This document shows positions 21,453 to 31,407 of a DNA stretch of 64,000 bases, piece by piece. The position numbers were made by a program, and so were the translations under genes. This DNA is from Hadesarchaea archaeon. GTDB taxonomy: Archaea; Hadarchaeota; Hadarchaeia; Hadarchaeales; Hadarchaeaceae. The notes beneath the pieces were generated by a model. The model did not search any database, was not told where the DNA came from, and saw only the letters and a list, made by a program, of their open reading frames with translations. Positions within the stretch are counted from its first letter, which is position 1; each line of letters opens with the position of its first letter. The DNA lies in the NCBI GenBank assembly GCA_030619825.1, contig JAUXAS010000001.1, forward strand, positions 10,141 to 74,140, read 5' to 3'.

Positions 21453-22016
21453 ATGTACCGATACCTAAGAAAGGGCCAGGGGTCAGCCGAGTTGCGTAAA
21501 CTTATGCATATGCGAATGAGGGATTGGCGACGTGGCCCGGCAATAGTGCGGGTCGAGCGCCCAACCAGACTGGACCGCGCTCGGGCGCTGGGCTACAAGG
21601 CGAAACAGGGTGTGGTCGTCGTTCGAGCGCGGGTGCGGAAGGGCGGACGGCGGAAGGTGCGCCCTTGGCGGGGGCGAAGGCCGAAGCGCATGGGAGTTCG
21701 CAAGCTCGTGCCCAAGAAAAGCATCCAGCTAATTGCGGAGGGGCGGGCAGCTCGGAAATTCCCAAACTTGGAGGTGCTGAACTCCTACCCACTCGGCTCC
21801 GACGGCACCCACGAGTATTTCGAGGTGATCATGCTTGATCCAAACCACCCTGCAATTCTGAGTGATCCTCAGTTCGGGTGGGTGGCCGGTGAGGCGCACC
21901 GTGGGCGGGTTCATCGCGGGTTGACGCGGGCCGGGAGGAAGGCGCGTGGGCTACTCCATAAGGGCAAGGGCACCAAGAAGGCCAAGCCAAGTGTTAGGCC
22001 TCGCTGGCGTGACTGA
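21453..22016 (+). CDS. rpl15e: 50S ribosomal protein L15e
   Basis: [26 protein letters not shown]. Confidence 0.97.
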   Translation: MYRYLRKGQGSAELRKLMHMRMRDWRRGPAIVRVERPTRLDRARALGYKAKQGVVVVRARVRKGGRRKVRPWRGRRPKRMGVRKLVPKKSIQLIAEGRAARKFPNLEVLNSYPLGSDGTHEYFEVIMLDPNHPAILSDPQFGWVAGEAHRGRVHRGLTRAGRKARGLLHKGKGTKKAKPSVRPRWRD

Positions 22017-22027
22017 AGTGATAGCTG

Positions 22028-22474
22028 ATGGAATTCCCATTCAGGAATGCAGTCGTGAACACGTTCGTGCACGCGACTGAGGACGAACAGCGCGTGCTCA
22101 GCGTTTTGAGAACTTTGCTGTCTGAGGGGGTCGTAGTCCGTCGGTTGGAGCTCCAAGGCCACCACGGTAACCCAATTGTAAACCTAGATGCAAAGGTTGG
22201 GCAGAGGAAGCTTCTGCGCGAACTCTGGCAACGTGTTTCGACAAAGCTGCGTGCGGGTGAGCTAAAAAAGCTCGGCAAAATCGTGCCCGAGAGAGTCGAT
22301 AAGAATTGCTTTTTTTATCTAAGGTTCGATAAGCAGCTAGCGCATGCAGGCGAACTTGTGTTCACCGAAAGCGGCGATGCCATTCACTTTAAACTGAAGG
22401 TCGCGGCTTACCCAGCCAAGCGTGAGGTCGCGGTGAAATTACTTGAAGAGTTCATAGGGGCAGGATCCCGATGA
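22028..22474 (+). CDS. Exosome-operon RNA-binding protein (DUF54-like)
   Basis: VHATED, GHHGNPI, YLRFDKQ. Confidence 0.85.
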   Translation: MEFPFRNAVVNTFVHATEDEQRVLSVLRTLLSEGVVVRRLELQGHHGNPIVNLDAKVGQRKLLRELWQRVSTKLRAGELKKLGKIVPERVDKNCFFYLRFDKQLAHAGELVFTESGDAIHFKLKVAAYPAKREVAVKLLEEFIGAGSR

Positions 22475-22782
22475 GGCAGAGGCGCAGGTACATCGCTTTT
22501 GAGTTCATCGGTAGCGGGGCTGGTAAAGGTGATATCATGCGAGCGATTTCTCACTCCCTTTTAACCCACAACCCAGCATTCGATCGAAGGATGCTCAAGT
22601 TGGTTTTTCACGATGTCAGTTCGCGACAGGGTTTGTTGCGCTGCGAGTATAGACAGGTTGGCGAGCTCAAGGCGGCGATGGCAAGCATTGAAAAAATTGG
22701 TGGTAGAAAAGCATCGCTCGTGATTTTGGGAGTTTCGGGTACACTCAAGGCAGCGAAGAGGAAGTTCTTGGGGCCCGCTTAA
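22471..22782 (+). CDS. RNase P protein Pop5/Rpp14
   Basis: RRRYIAF...GVSGTLKAA. Confidence 0.85.
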   Translation: MRQRRRYIAFEFIGSGAGKGDIMRAISHSLLTHNPAFDRRMLKLVFHDVSSRQGLLRCEYRQVGELKAAMASIEKIGGRKASLVILGVSGTLKAAKRKFLGPA

Positions 22783-22851
22783 CCAAAGTATTATAAATGT
22801 TCCCGCTTTAGAAGCAATAGTCACAATCATCATTTAACGAGGTGGAAATAC

Positions 22852-23604
22852 ATGGCATTTATGCCGCCTGGAGCAGGCTACGATAGGGCAATCACCGTCT
22901 TTAGCCCTGACGGTAAGCTTTTCCAGGTTCAGTACGCCCAGGAAGCTGTGAAGCGGGGTCTAACAGCCTTGGGCATCAAGGTAAACGAAGGCGTGGTTTT
23001 GGCTGCGGAAAAGAGAGTTCGGAGTAAGCTAGTGGAGGAAGTGTCGATTGAGAAGATATTCCAAGTGGACGAGCATATCGGAGCTGCAGCTTCTGGGCTA
23101 ATCGCTGACGCTCGCGTGCTGATTGATCACGCGCGCCTCGAGGCGCAGATCAACCGCTTGCGTTACGATGAGCCGATTAGCGTGCAGGCGCTGGCGAAGC
23201 GCATCGGCGACATCAAGCAGCTCTACACCCAACATGGGGGCGTCAGGCCCTTCGGGGCTAGGCTGCTGATTGCCGGCGTCAACGCGGAGAGCGCTCACCT
23301 TTTCGAGACCGATCCTAGTGGCGTCGTTGCAGCATACAAATCCCAAGCGATAGGGGGTGGGGCCCCTACGGTCATCGAGTTTCTCGAGCGTCGCTACGAC
23401 GAGAAGATGCCTATCGATGACGTAGTTACCCTCGCTCTTGAGGCGCTTCGGGCTGTAATCGAGGGGGAGCTCAACCCCGAAAAGGTGGAGATGGCAGTCA
23501 TCCCGAGCGAGACTAAGCGTTTTGAGAAGCTTAGTTTCGAGGATTTGTCTAAATCCATAAAGCGAATGGGACCCAAGCCGCCAGCCAAGCCCGCCAAGGA
23601 GTAG
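22852..23604 (+). CDS. psmA: Proteasome alpha subunit
   Basis: YDRAITVFSPDGKLFQVQYA. Confidence 0.97.
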   Translation: MAFMPPGAGYDRAITVFSPDGKLFQVQYAQEAVKRGLTALGIKVNEGVVLAAEKRVRSKLVEEVSIEKIFQVDEHIGAAASGLIADARVLIDHARLEAQINRLRYDEPISVQALAKRIGDIKQLYTQHGGVRPFGARLLIAGVNAESAHLFETDPSGVVAAYKSQAIGGGAPTVIEFLERRYDEKMPIDDVVTLALEALRAVIEGELNPEKVEMAVIPSETKRFEKLSFEDLSKSIKRMGPKPPAKPAKE

Positions 23605-23610
23605 CGGGTT

Positions 23611-24303
23611 ATGGTAAGGCTTGAGGACGCAGTCATTGCGAGGTTGTCCAGTCAGGGCACGGTTTTTGAAGTGCTTGCCGACCCCGAGTTAGCTCTCGCC
23701 CTAAGAAAGGGAGAAGAGATAGACATGCACCGTGTGCTCGCCAGCGATAAAATTTTCAAGGACTCCAAAAAGGGCGAGGCGGCCTCCGAAGAAATGATGA
23801 AGAAGGTTTTCGGCACGCTCGATGTGTTCAAAATCGCCGAACAGATAATCCGAAAGGGCGAGGTCCAAGTGACCACCGAGCAGCGCCGCAAGATGCGTGA
23901 GCGGCGACGGAGGCAGGTGGTGACGCTCATCTCGAGGCGGGCCATAAACCCCCAGACGGGCCTGCCTCATCCACCCGCGCGGATCGAGAGTGTACTAGCT
24001 GAGGCTAATGTACATGTCAACGAGTTCAAGAGCGCCGAGGAGCAACTCCCCGGCATCATAAAGACACTGCTGCCGATCATCCCCCTAAAATTCGAGATAC
24101 GAAGAATCGCGATCAAGATTCCCGCGAGCTACACGGGTAAAGCCCACCGGGTGGTGAGAGACTTTGCCACCGTCAAGCAGGAGCAGTGGCTTAACGATGG
24201 CTCCTGGGCGGCGGTCGTGGAGATCCCCGCTGGCATCCAGGGGGAGTTCTTCGACAAGCTCAACAATCTGACTCGAGGAGAGGTAGAGACCAAGGTGTTA
24301 TAA
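23611..24303 (+). CDS. Ribosome maturation factor SBDS/Sdo1
   Basis: FEVLADP, INPQTGLPHPPARIE. Confidence 0.95.
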   Translation: MVRLEDAVIARLSSQGTVFEVLADPELALALRKGEEIDMHRVLASDKIFKDSKKGEAASEEMMKKVFGTLDVFKIAEQIIRKGEVQVTTEQRRKMRERRRRQVVTLISRRAINPQTGLPHPPARIESVLAEANVHVNEFKSAEEQLPGIIKTLLPIIPLKFEIRRIAIKIPASYTGKAHRVVRDFATVKQEQWLNDGSWAAVVEIPAGIQGEFFDKLNNLTRGEVETKVL

Positions 24304-24999
24304 ATGCTTTACGTCCAAAATCGCGAGCTGGTCGTACCCGGACAGCTGATCGCCGAGGGAAGCTACAATGTGCGCGAGGGCGCGTTTCGGGAGGGCAAGC
24401 AGGTTTACGCATCGGTCGTAGGGCTCGCAGAGCTACGCGGGCAAGATATCCGTATCATCCCATTGCAGGGGCGCTACATCCCGAAGCCCGGCGATGTCGT
24501 AATAGGAGTGGTCGTAGATTCTTACTACTCGGGCTGGATTCTCGACATAAACTCACCCTACACGGGAAATCTTTTCGTCTCAGATTTGCTGCGACGAAAG
24601 GTCGACCTCGTCCGCGAGGACATCAGCCAATATCTCAGCATGGGGGACGTGGTAGTTGCGATGGTCAAAGATGTCAACGAGCGGATGCGCGTCCAGCTCG
24701 AGGCGGGCGAGCCTGGGATGGGTCGGGTCAAGGGGGGCAAACTCGTCGAGATCTCGCCCGCGAAGGTCCCCCGCGTGATCGGGCGAAAGGGCTCTATGCT
24801 CAACACCCTCCAGGATGTCGGCGAGTGCAAGTTGAGGGTCGGGCAGAACGGGCGGATAATGATTTGGGGAAAGAACCCCCGCATGATCAACGCCGTTGTC
24901 GAGGCCCTGCTCATGATCGAGCGCGAGGCGCATATCTCCGGCTTGACCGATAGGGTGCACCTCATGCTTGAAAAGATAAAATCCGAAGGAGGGGAATGA
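24304..24999 (+). CDS. rrp4: Exosome subunit Rrp4
   Basis: YIPKPGDVVIG, KVPRVIGRKGSM, GQNG. Confidence 0.95.
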   Translation: MLYVQNRELVVPGQLIAEGSYNVREGAFREGKQVYASVVGLAELRGQDIRIIPLQGRYIPKPGDVVIGVVVDSYYSGWILDINSPYTGNLFVSDLLRRKVDLVREDISQYLSMGDVVVAMVKDVNERMRVQLEAGEPGMGRVKGGKLVEISPAKVPRVIGRKGSMLNTLQDVGECKLRVGQNGRIMIWGKNPRMINAVVEALLMIEREAHISGLTDRVHLMLEKIKSEGGE

Positions 25000-25722
25000 A
25001 TGAAAAAACCTGAAAAACTCATCGAGAACGGCAAGCGGCTCGATGGTCGCGTGCCGGATGAGATGAGGCCGTTGAAGATAGAGGCGGGAATTTTGGAGCG
25101 GGCTGATGGGTCGGCATACGTCGAGCTTGGGGCTAACAAGGTACTCGCGGCGGTCTACGGGCCGCGGGAGATGCATCCACGCCACCGTCAGCAGCCGGAT
25201 ACGGCGGTGCTGCGATGCCGCTACAATATGGCCCCGTTCTCGGTGGATGAGCGGAAGCGCCCCGGGCCCGATAGGCGCTCGGTGGAGATATCGAAGGTGA
25301 CGCGGGAGGCGCTCGAGTCCGTGCTGTTTCTTGAGCTCTACCCCCGCTCGGTAATAGATGTCTTCATCGAGGTCCTACAGGCGGACGCGGGGACACGTAC
25401 CGCAGGCATAAACGCTGCGTCCGTGGCACTAGCGGATGCGGGCGTTCCGATGCGCGATATGGTTTCATCGATTGCAGTAGGGAAGATAGACGATACAATA
25501 GTGCTTGACTTGACCAAGGATGAGGATCAGTGGGGAACGACGGACATGCCAATAGCGATGGTGCCTAGGAAGAAGCTGGTCACATTACTGCAGATGGACG
25601 GCCACTTCACCAAGGAAGAGTTCGGGCAAGCCTTGGGCCTCGCATTTAAAGCATGCGAGCAGATATACGGGATACAACGACAAGCCCTAAGAGAGAAGTA
25701 TGCGATTAAACAGGAGAAATGA
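25000..25722 (+). CDS. rrp41: Exosome subunit Rrp41
   Basis: RLDGR, ADGSAY, YNMAPFS, DAGTR. Confidence 0.96.
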   Translation: MKKPEKLIENGKRLDGRVPDEMRPLKIEAGILERADGSAYVELGANKVLAAVYGPREMHPRHRQQPDTAVLRCRYNMAPFSVDERKRPGPDRRSVEISKVTREALESVLFLELYPRSVIDVFIEVLQADAGTRTAGINAASVALADAGVPMRDMVSSIAVGKIDDTIVLDLTKDEDQWGTTDMPIAMVPRKKLVTLLQMDGHFTKEEFGQALGLAFKACEQIYGIQRQALREKYAIKQEK

Positions 25723-25725
25723 AGC

Positions 25726-26490
25726 ATGTACGAAATAGTTTCAAGCGTCAGGCGCGATTACATCGCTGACCTCGCGCGCGAAGGCAAGCGAATAGATACT
25801 CGAACGATGGATCAGTTTCGAGAGGTTTCTGTGGAGGTCGGTCCGATAAAGAGCGCCCAAGGCTCAGCTCTTGTAAAGGTAGGCAAAACGCAGGTGGTGG
25901 CAGGCATTAAGGTTGAACACGCTGAGCCGTTCCCCGATAAACCAGATAACGGGATGCTGGTCGTTAACGCCGAACTCCTGCCTTTGGCATCGCCCACTTT
26001 CGAACCAGGGCGGCCCAGTGAAAACGCGATTGAGCTAGCTCGCGTGGTCGACCGAGGCATACGTGAGTCAAACGCGATTGACTTGGATAAGCTGGTGATA
26101 AAATCCGGTGAGGACGTCTGGGCGGTCTTCATCGACATCTATGTGCTCGACCACGACGGGAACTTGATCGACGCCTCGGCGCTCGCGGCGATAGCAGCGC
26201 TCCTGAACGCGAAGCCGCCCGAGGACGAGGCGTGGACGCTGCCCGAGTTCCCAATCCAGAAAAGGCCCGTGGCGGTGACCGTGGCGAAGATCAACAGCAA
26301 GCTTATGATTGACCCCTGTCTGGACGAGGAAGGAGTAATGGACGCACGCATAACCATAGCGACGATTGAGGACGGCAGCATATGCGCGGTGCAGAAGGGC
26401 GGCATCGGGTGCTTCTCGCGGGAGGAACTGGAGCAGGCTTACGAGATGGCCAGGGCGGAGGGAGCGGAGCTTAGAGCAAAACTGGGGTGA
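25726..26490 (+). CDS. rrp42: Exosome subunit Rrp42
   Basis: PFPDKPD, ELARVVDRGIRES, DGNLIDA. Confidence 0.95.
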   Translation: MYEIVSSVRRDYIADLAREGKRIDTRTMDQFREVSVEVGPIKSAQGSALVKVGKTQVVAGIKVEHAEPFPDKPDNGMLVVNAELLPLASPTFEPGRPSENAIELARVVDRGIRESNAIDLDKLVIKSGEDVWAVFIDIYVLDHDGNLIDASALAAIAALLNAKPPEDEAWTLPEFPIQKRPVAVTVAKINSKLMIDPCLDEEGVMDARITIATIEDGSICAVQKGGIGCFSREELEQAYEMARAEGAELRAKLG

Positions 26491-26494
26491 ACGT

Positions 26495-26761
26495 GTGCCT
26501 CGGGCAAAGAAAGTCGGCTCCACGGGGGGGCTTGGTCCTCGTTATGGCACGAAGCTACGAAAGCTCGTGCTTGTGGTGGAGCGCAAGCTCCGGCAGCGCT
26601 ACAGGTGCCCGAACTGTGGGGCGGTAAAAGTCAAGCGTGTGGGCGCCTCGATCTGGCGATGTGGGCGTTGTGGAGCGAAGTTTGCTGGCGCGGCATATTC
26701 ACCATCAGCGCTGGCCGCGGTGCCGAAGAGGGAGACGCCGGTCGAGGCGGAGGATGGTTAG
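26495..26761 (+). CDS. rpl37ae: 50S ribosomal protein L37Ae
   Basis: GPRYG, CPNC...CGRC; GTG start 26495. Confidence 0.95.
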   Translation: MPRAKKVGSTGGLGPRYGTKLRKLVLVVERKLRQRYRCPNCGAVKVKRVGASIWRCGRCGAKFAGAAYSPSALAAVPKRETPVEAEDG

Positions 26762-26893
26762 ATGTTGAGGTGCAGCAATTGCGGAAGGCAAATAGAGAAA
26801 CTCCTTGAAGGGCGCGTGAGATGCCCTCATTGTGGGTCCCGCATGCTATTTAAACCCCGCCCTGAGGTGGTCCGTAAAGTCAGGGCGAGGTAA
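26762..26893 (+). CDS. rpoP: RNA polymerase subunit Rpo12 (P)
   Basis: Not in ORF track; MLRCSNCGRQIEKLLEGRVRCPHCGSRMLFKPRPEVVRKVRAR. Confidence 0.93.
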   Translation: MLRCSNCGRQIEKLLEGRVRCPHCGSRMLFKPRPEVVRKVRAR

Positions 26894-27424
26894 ATGCTAA
26901 TCTCCACTTCAAGGCGCCCAGGACATCGCACGAGAATTTTATGCAGGGAACTCACACGGGTCCTTCCGAATGCGACCTATGTGCCGCGCGGGGCAAAAAC
27001 GATAAGTAAACTAACCTCGCTCGCCAGCTCGCTCGGTCACGATCGCGTGATGGTCGTGAATAGCCTCGCGGGGCGACCCAGGGAGCTACGGTTTCTGGCC
27101 GTCGTCCAAGGCTGGCGATGGCTCGACGCGCGGGTTGAGTTGGGTGAGGTCAAGCTCCAGCGAGACCTCGGGCAGAAGGCCAAACTCGAAGGGACAAAAT
27201 TTTGCGCCGAAGGCCCAAAGGCGCGGAATCTTGCAAATTTTTTCAGTGAGTTATTAAACTTACCTATCTTGGGTGAGCTGCCAAATGCCGGGGGGGTTGT
27301 CCTAATAACTTCCGACGATGAGCTTCAGCTCCAATTCCAGCTCAGGCCGAGCTCCGAGGCGATCGGGCCGGTACTCCAAATAGCAAGTTTCGGGCGATTG
27401 CGTGGTGAAAGCGGAGCGAGCTAG
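26894..27424 (+). CDS. Brix/Imp4-domain ribosome biogenesis protein
   Basis: MLISTSRRP..RTR, RG; superoperon position. Confidence 0.85.
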   Translation: MLISTSRRPGHRTRILCRELTRVLPNATYVPRGAKTISKLTSLASSLGHDRVMVVNSLAGRPRELRFLAVVQGWRWLDARVELGEVKLQRDLGQKAKLEGTKFCAEGPKARNLANFFSELLNLPILGELPNAGGVVLITSDDELQLQFQLRPSSEAIGPVLQIASFGRLRGESGAS

Positions 27425-27662
27425 CGCGGGCGTCGAGTTCGCCTTCAAGAGCGCGCGCGAGGCTGGGGCAGTACAGCGGGCGCTTAGGCCCGAGGAAGCG
27501 TTGCCAGCTTCGACGCGGTGCAGGACGAGCATCCGACGCAGGAAAAACGTTTTATGTCTGCAGATAGATGCAGAAGATACAGCAGCCCTACGCGCAGCGC
27601 TGAATTCGTTCCTCCGGTGGACGATCGTCGCGCGCGATGTAATCGAATCAAGGGGAAAATAA
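27402..27662 (+). CDS. pcc1: KEOPS subunit Pcc1
   Basis: ALRPE...AEDTAALRAALNSFLRW. Confidence 0.85.
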   Translation: MVKAERASAGVEFAFKSAREAGAVQRALRPEEALPASTRCRTSIRRRKNVLCLQIDAEDTAALRAALNSFLRWTIVARDVIESRGK

Positions 27663-28028
27663 ATGGAAAAGCCATCACCTCAGATGCGCCATCAGCTCGC
27701 GCAGTTTCGGCAGGCCCAGCAGCAGGCCCAAGTGTTGATGACGCAACGACAGCAGCTCGAGCTACTCTTACGAGAGACCGAGCGAGCCCTCGAGGAGCTA
27801 GGGAAACTCCAAGAGGGCGCCACGGTCTACAAGAGCGTGGGGACCATCTTGGTCAAGTCGGAGCGAGAGGAGCTTAAAAAGAGCCTTGGTGAGCAGAAGG
27901 AAACCCTTGACCTGCGAATTAAAACGCTCGAGCGCCAGGAGGAACGTATCGTCCAGCGCCTGCGAGAGATGCGCGAAAAGCTCGAGGGGGCCCTAAAGGG
28001 CAATCTGCCTAGCGAAGAGGCGTCTTAG
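27663..28028 (+). CDS. pfdB: Prefoldin beta subunit
   Basis: Coiled coils flanking VYKSVGTILV. Confidence 0.93.
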   Translation: MEKPSPQMRHQLAQFRQAQQQAQVLMTQRQQLELLLRETERALEELGKLQEGATVYKSVGTILVKSEREELKKSLGEQKETLDLRIKTLERQEERIVQRLREMREKLEGALKGNLPSEEAS

Positions 28029-28041
28029 TTTAAGTGAAATT

Positions 28042-29025
28042 ATGAAGGAGCTGGCTAATTTTTTGGCCGGGGCTGCCGAGCGTGGGCAGCAAATCCTAGT
28101 ACTATGTCACCATAATGCCGACCCCGATGCTGTCGCCAGCGCGATCGTGCTCACCGAGGTCCTCAATCGCTTGGGCGCGCGGGCCAAAGCTGGGGTTTCT
28201 GAGAGCCTCAGTCTCATCTCCCAGAACCTCCTGAGGGCGTTCGGGCGGGAGATCGCGATAAACCCCCCATTGGAAGCAGGTCTTGTTGTACTCGTCGATA
28301 CCTCAAGCTTGGAGCACCTCGGCAAGCTTGGGGAACAACTCGAACAAAAGGCGCCAAAATTAGTGGTGATCGACCACCACCGCCCGGTCGAGGCGATGAA
28401 ACAACTGGCGAGCTTTTATTTCGTCCAAGAGGAGTTTGCATCCGAGTCGGAACTTATCCTGCAGCTCGTTCGGGAGCTGGGTGCGGAGCTTACTCCGGAG
28501 GGGGCATCCTTGTTGCTTGCAGGCATCATAAGCGACACCGCTCACTTCAGGTTCGCGAAGGATCAAACCTTCGAGGCAGTCAACTCTCTCATAAAGGCAG
28601 GTGTTAATTACAGGCGCGTGCTGGAGGCGCTTAGGCTACCCGAGGATCCCTCGAAGCGGGTCGCGATGCTAAAGGCCGCGCAGCGGGTGGAGCTGCGTCG
28701 GATTCACGGGCGATTGGTAGTCCTCTCCGAGTTGGGGTCCTTCGAGGGCGACGCGGCGTCGATGTTGGTGCGAATCGGGGCAGATGTGGCGATCGTTGGT
28801 TCGGAAGAGAAAGGCAGGATAAGGCTTAGCGGACGTGCACGCCAAGAGATTTTGAAGACATTGGGGCTTCATTTGGGTGAGCTCATGGAGGAGCTCGGGA
28901 AGCAATTTGGGGGCAGCGGGGGCGGACACGCAGGTGCCGCGAGCATGAACGGCGAGGGAGAGCTAGAGGAAGCCAAAAAATATCTGTTCAAGGCCCTTCA
29001 GCAGAAGTTGAAACCGAAGGAATGA
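28042..29025 (+). CDS. DHH/DHHA1 phosphoesterase (NrnA-like)
   Basis: HHNADPDA, VDT, DHH, SDT, GGGH. Confidence 0.88.
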   Translation: MKELANFLAGAAERGQQILVLCHHNADPDAVASAIVLTEVLNRLGARAKAGVSESLSLISQNLLRAFGREIAINPPLEAGLVVLVDTSSLEHLGKLGEQLEQKAPKLVVIDHHRPVEAMKQLASFYFVQEEFASESELILQLVRELGAELTPEGASLLLAGIISDTAHFRFAKDQTFEAVNSLIKAGVNYRRVLEALRLPEDPSKRVAMLKAAQRVELRRIHGRLVVLSELGSFEGDAASMLVRIGADVAIVGSEEKGRIRLSGRARQEILKTLGLHLGELMEELGKQFGGSGGGHAGAASMNGEGELEEAKKYLFKALQQKLKPKE

Positions 29026-29029
29026 TCGG

Positions 29030-29956
29030 ATGGTAATTTCTGCTCGTGAGCTTGCAGAGCTCGAGCGTGCGGGCTATCGATTCGTCGGCAAACACAAACA
29101 CGGCGCGGTCAAAGTCTGCCATTGGACGCGAAAAAGCTTGCTCCAGCGAGGGTCTTGCTACAAAGAGCAGTTCTATGGGCGAGAGCTTGGCATGCAAAGC
29201 CATCGCTGCCTGCAGTTCACACCCAGCTTGCCGTTTTGCGATCACCGTTGCATCTACTGTTGGCGGAACATCAACGTGACCCACTCGAACTGGGTTGGTG
29301 AGGTCGATGAGCCGGCAGATATTTTGGACGGAGCAATTTCAGCGCAGAGAAAGCTGCTTAGCGGGTTCGGCGGCAACCCCAATGTCAACAAAAAGAAGCT
29401 CAAGGAGGCCCAGGAGCCAAAACACTGCGCGATTTCTTTAGCTGGTGAGCCGACCATCTATCCCAAAATAAATGAATTAGTTGAGGAGTGTAGCAGGCGA
29501 GGAATGACGAGTTTTTTGGTTACAAATGGTATGCACCCAGAAGTCTTGGAACACCTCGCTGAGCCCACGCAGCTTTACATCTCGGTCGTTGCATCGGATC
29601 TCGAAACCTACGAGGCGGTTTGCCAACCAACCGTTCCCGATGGCTGGGGGCGGCTGAACCGAAGTCTCGAGCTCATGCCATCATTCACGTGCAGAAGAGT
29701 CATCCGTCTGACGCTGGTCAAGGGGCTCAACCTTAAGGATGCACCTGGATACGCAAAGTTCATCGAAAAGGCCGCGCCAGATTTTATCGAGGCGAAAAGT
29801 TATATGTGGGTTGGGTACTCGCGCAAAAGACTAACTCTGGAGAACATGCCCCTGCACGGCGAGGTGAGGGAGTTTTCTGAGGCGCTGGCACGCGAGACGG
29901 GCTACAAGTTGGTTGATGAGTCCAAAGTCAGTCGCGTCATCTTGCTGAAGGGCTAA
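29030..29956 (+). CDS. taw1: 4-demethylwyosine synthase (radical SAM)
   Basis: VKVCHW, CYKEQFYG, CDHRCIYCWR, GEPT. Confidence 0.95.
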   Translation: MVISARELAELERAGYRFVGKHKHGAVKVCHWTRKSLLQRGSCYKEQFYGRELGMQSHRCLQFTPSLPFCDHRCIYCWRNINVTHSNWVGEVDEPADILDGAISAQRKLLSGFGGNPNVNKKKLKEAQEPKHCAISLAGEPTIYPKINELVEECSRRGMTSFLVTNGMHPEVLEHLAEPTQLYISVVASDLETYEAVCQPTVPDGWGRLNRSLELMPSFTCRRVIRLTLVKGLNLKDAPGYAKFIEKAAPDFIEAKSYMWVGYSRKRLTLENMPLHGEVREFSEALARETGYKLVDESKVSRVILLKG

Positions 29957-29969
29957 GCAGCGTGTTCTA

Positions 29970-30018
29970 GGTTATAAAAAAGAAGTGTAACCGACCCGCT
30001 CCGGCATTGCTGGGTCGG
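29970..30018 (-). terminator. Hairpin plus U-tract, candidate terminator of the minus-strand gene
   Basis: CCGACCC (29991-29997) pairs with GGGTCGG (30012-30018), followed on the minus strand by CTTCTTTTTT. Confidence 0.5.
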
Positions 30019-31131
30019 CTAACTTCCTCTCAAGTTCCCTAGTAATTTCTCTCGCCATCTCTGCCGTATGTTTTCAGCGAACTGCTCCCAGTTTTCGAGG
30101 ATGTTCTCCCAAGCTCCTTCCTCGATGAGTTCTTGTTTGAGTTCCTGCCATCTCTCTCTCCACTGCATCCATTGACCCGTAAATTCTGGCTCCCATTCGC
30201 TGGCATGTTCGAGGATCAGCTTTGCGTTGCGGAGGGGCATTATTGCGGCGTGAATCAGTCCCAGCGCTCTCCTAAGCTTCTCCCCTTCATATGCAGTCAC
30301 AGCTCTATCCTTGTATTGTTTAGTCGCCACTTCAACGAGCTGCCTTACCGCTCGCACACCGTGCGTATTTTCTGGTGCTCCCTCAAGCATCGCCTGAACT
30401 TCGGCAAACAGGTTTTTGAACTCATTCAGCTTTTCTTCGAAACTTTGTGCCACGATTGGAATTGGCCTCACGATGGTGATGTCGACCTCGATGTTCACCG
30501 TGACATCCACATCAGCGAGCACGTTGTCGATGTCGAAGTATATATTGACAGGTCTTCTTATTCGCGCCCTGTGCCGCCTCACGATATTTTCAATCTTTTC
30601 TCTGATCAACCTCAGGCGCGCTCGGGCATTCTCACGCAACTCTGCAACTTCTAACCATTCTTCGCAGTTTTCGATTTCATTGCAAATTCTATCGATTTCT
30701 TCACTAACCTCGGGCAAGTCATCCTTAAGGCCCTCACACAGCTCCTTGGACAGCCTCAATTGCACTCTGCAAATCCCAAGCATTTGACCTTGCATCCATT
30801 GTATTTCCTCTCGCTCAGCCTCGACATCTCCGGGTGCGACGGCATGCATCTTTTCCACGAACTCTTCTAAGATTTTCTTATACCCTATGCCCTTTCCTCG
30901 GTCGACCAAGCGAGCATATTCACCCCAGCGCTCCCTCATTTGGTCATCATCTCCAACCATTCGGATCCGCTCGCCCAAGCGCTCGAGCCCGTAAAGTGGA
31001 TGGTCTGGGTCGACATCTGCCACGTCAACTATCACAGGCGTCGCCACAGCCGCGCCCGTCGATGCAGCGATGACTATCACTACTGCAAGCGCCGCCACGC
31101 CTTTTTGGTCAAGCCTTCTCATTTTTCTCAC
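30019..31131 (-). CDS. Surface-anchored helical protein with DUF5667-like motif
   Basis: RRLDQKG then hydrophobic stretch; PDHPLYGLERLGE. Confidence 0.65.
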   Translation of the reverse strand: MRKMRRLDQKGVAALAVVIVIAASTGAAVATPVIVDVADVDPDHPLYGLERLGERIRMVGDDDQMRERWGEYARLVDRGKGIGYKKILEEFVEKMHAVAPGDVEAEREEIQWMQGQMLGICRVQLRLSKELCEGLKDDLPEVSEEIDRICNEIENCEEWLEVAELRENARARLRLIREKIENIVRRHRARIRRPVNIYFDIDNVLADVDVTVNIEVDITIVRPIPIVAQSFEEKLNEFKNLFAEVQAMLEGAPENTHGVRAVRQLVEVATKQYKDRAVTAYEGEKLRRALGLIHAAIMPLRNAKLILEHASEWEPEFTGQWMQWRERWQELKQELIEEGAWENILENWEQFAENIRQRWREKLLGNLRGS

Positions 31132-31407
31132 CTTTTTTGGTTCGGGTTGAGCTCCCCACGCCGCCCCTATCGCGCGCGCGGTTCATCGATTTTCACGTAA
31201 ATCTTTGGAAAGGGGGGTATTTACCGAGTCTCCAAAAACCGTCCTATCTCCATTCAGCTCTGGATTCAAAAGCCGATTTGTAAGTTAAAAACCAATTATT
31301 TTTCCCCTTATCGTTCAAATAGCCCTAATAATCCTGATTTTTGATTTTGGACCCATTTACTTCGAAAGATTTATGTTGCTCAATACGTTCAAAACTATGG
31401 TCGGTCG

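Noticed and set aside
29991-30018. Hairpin as SECIS or other ncRNA
   Set aside because: No in-frame TGA gene noticed nearby; better explained as a terminator.
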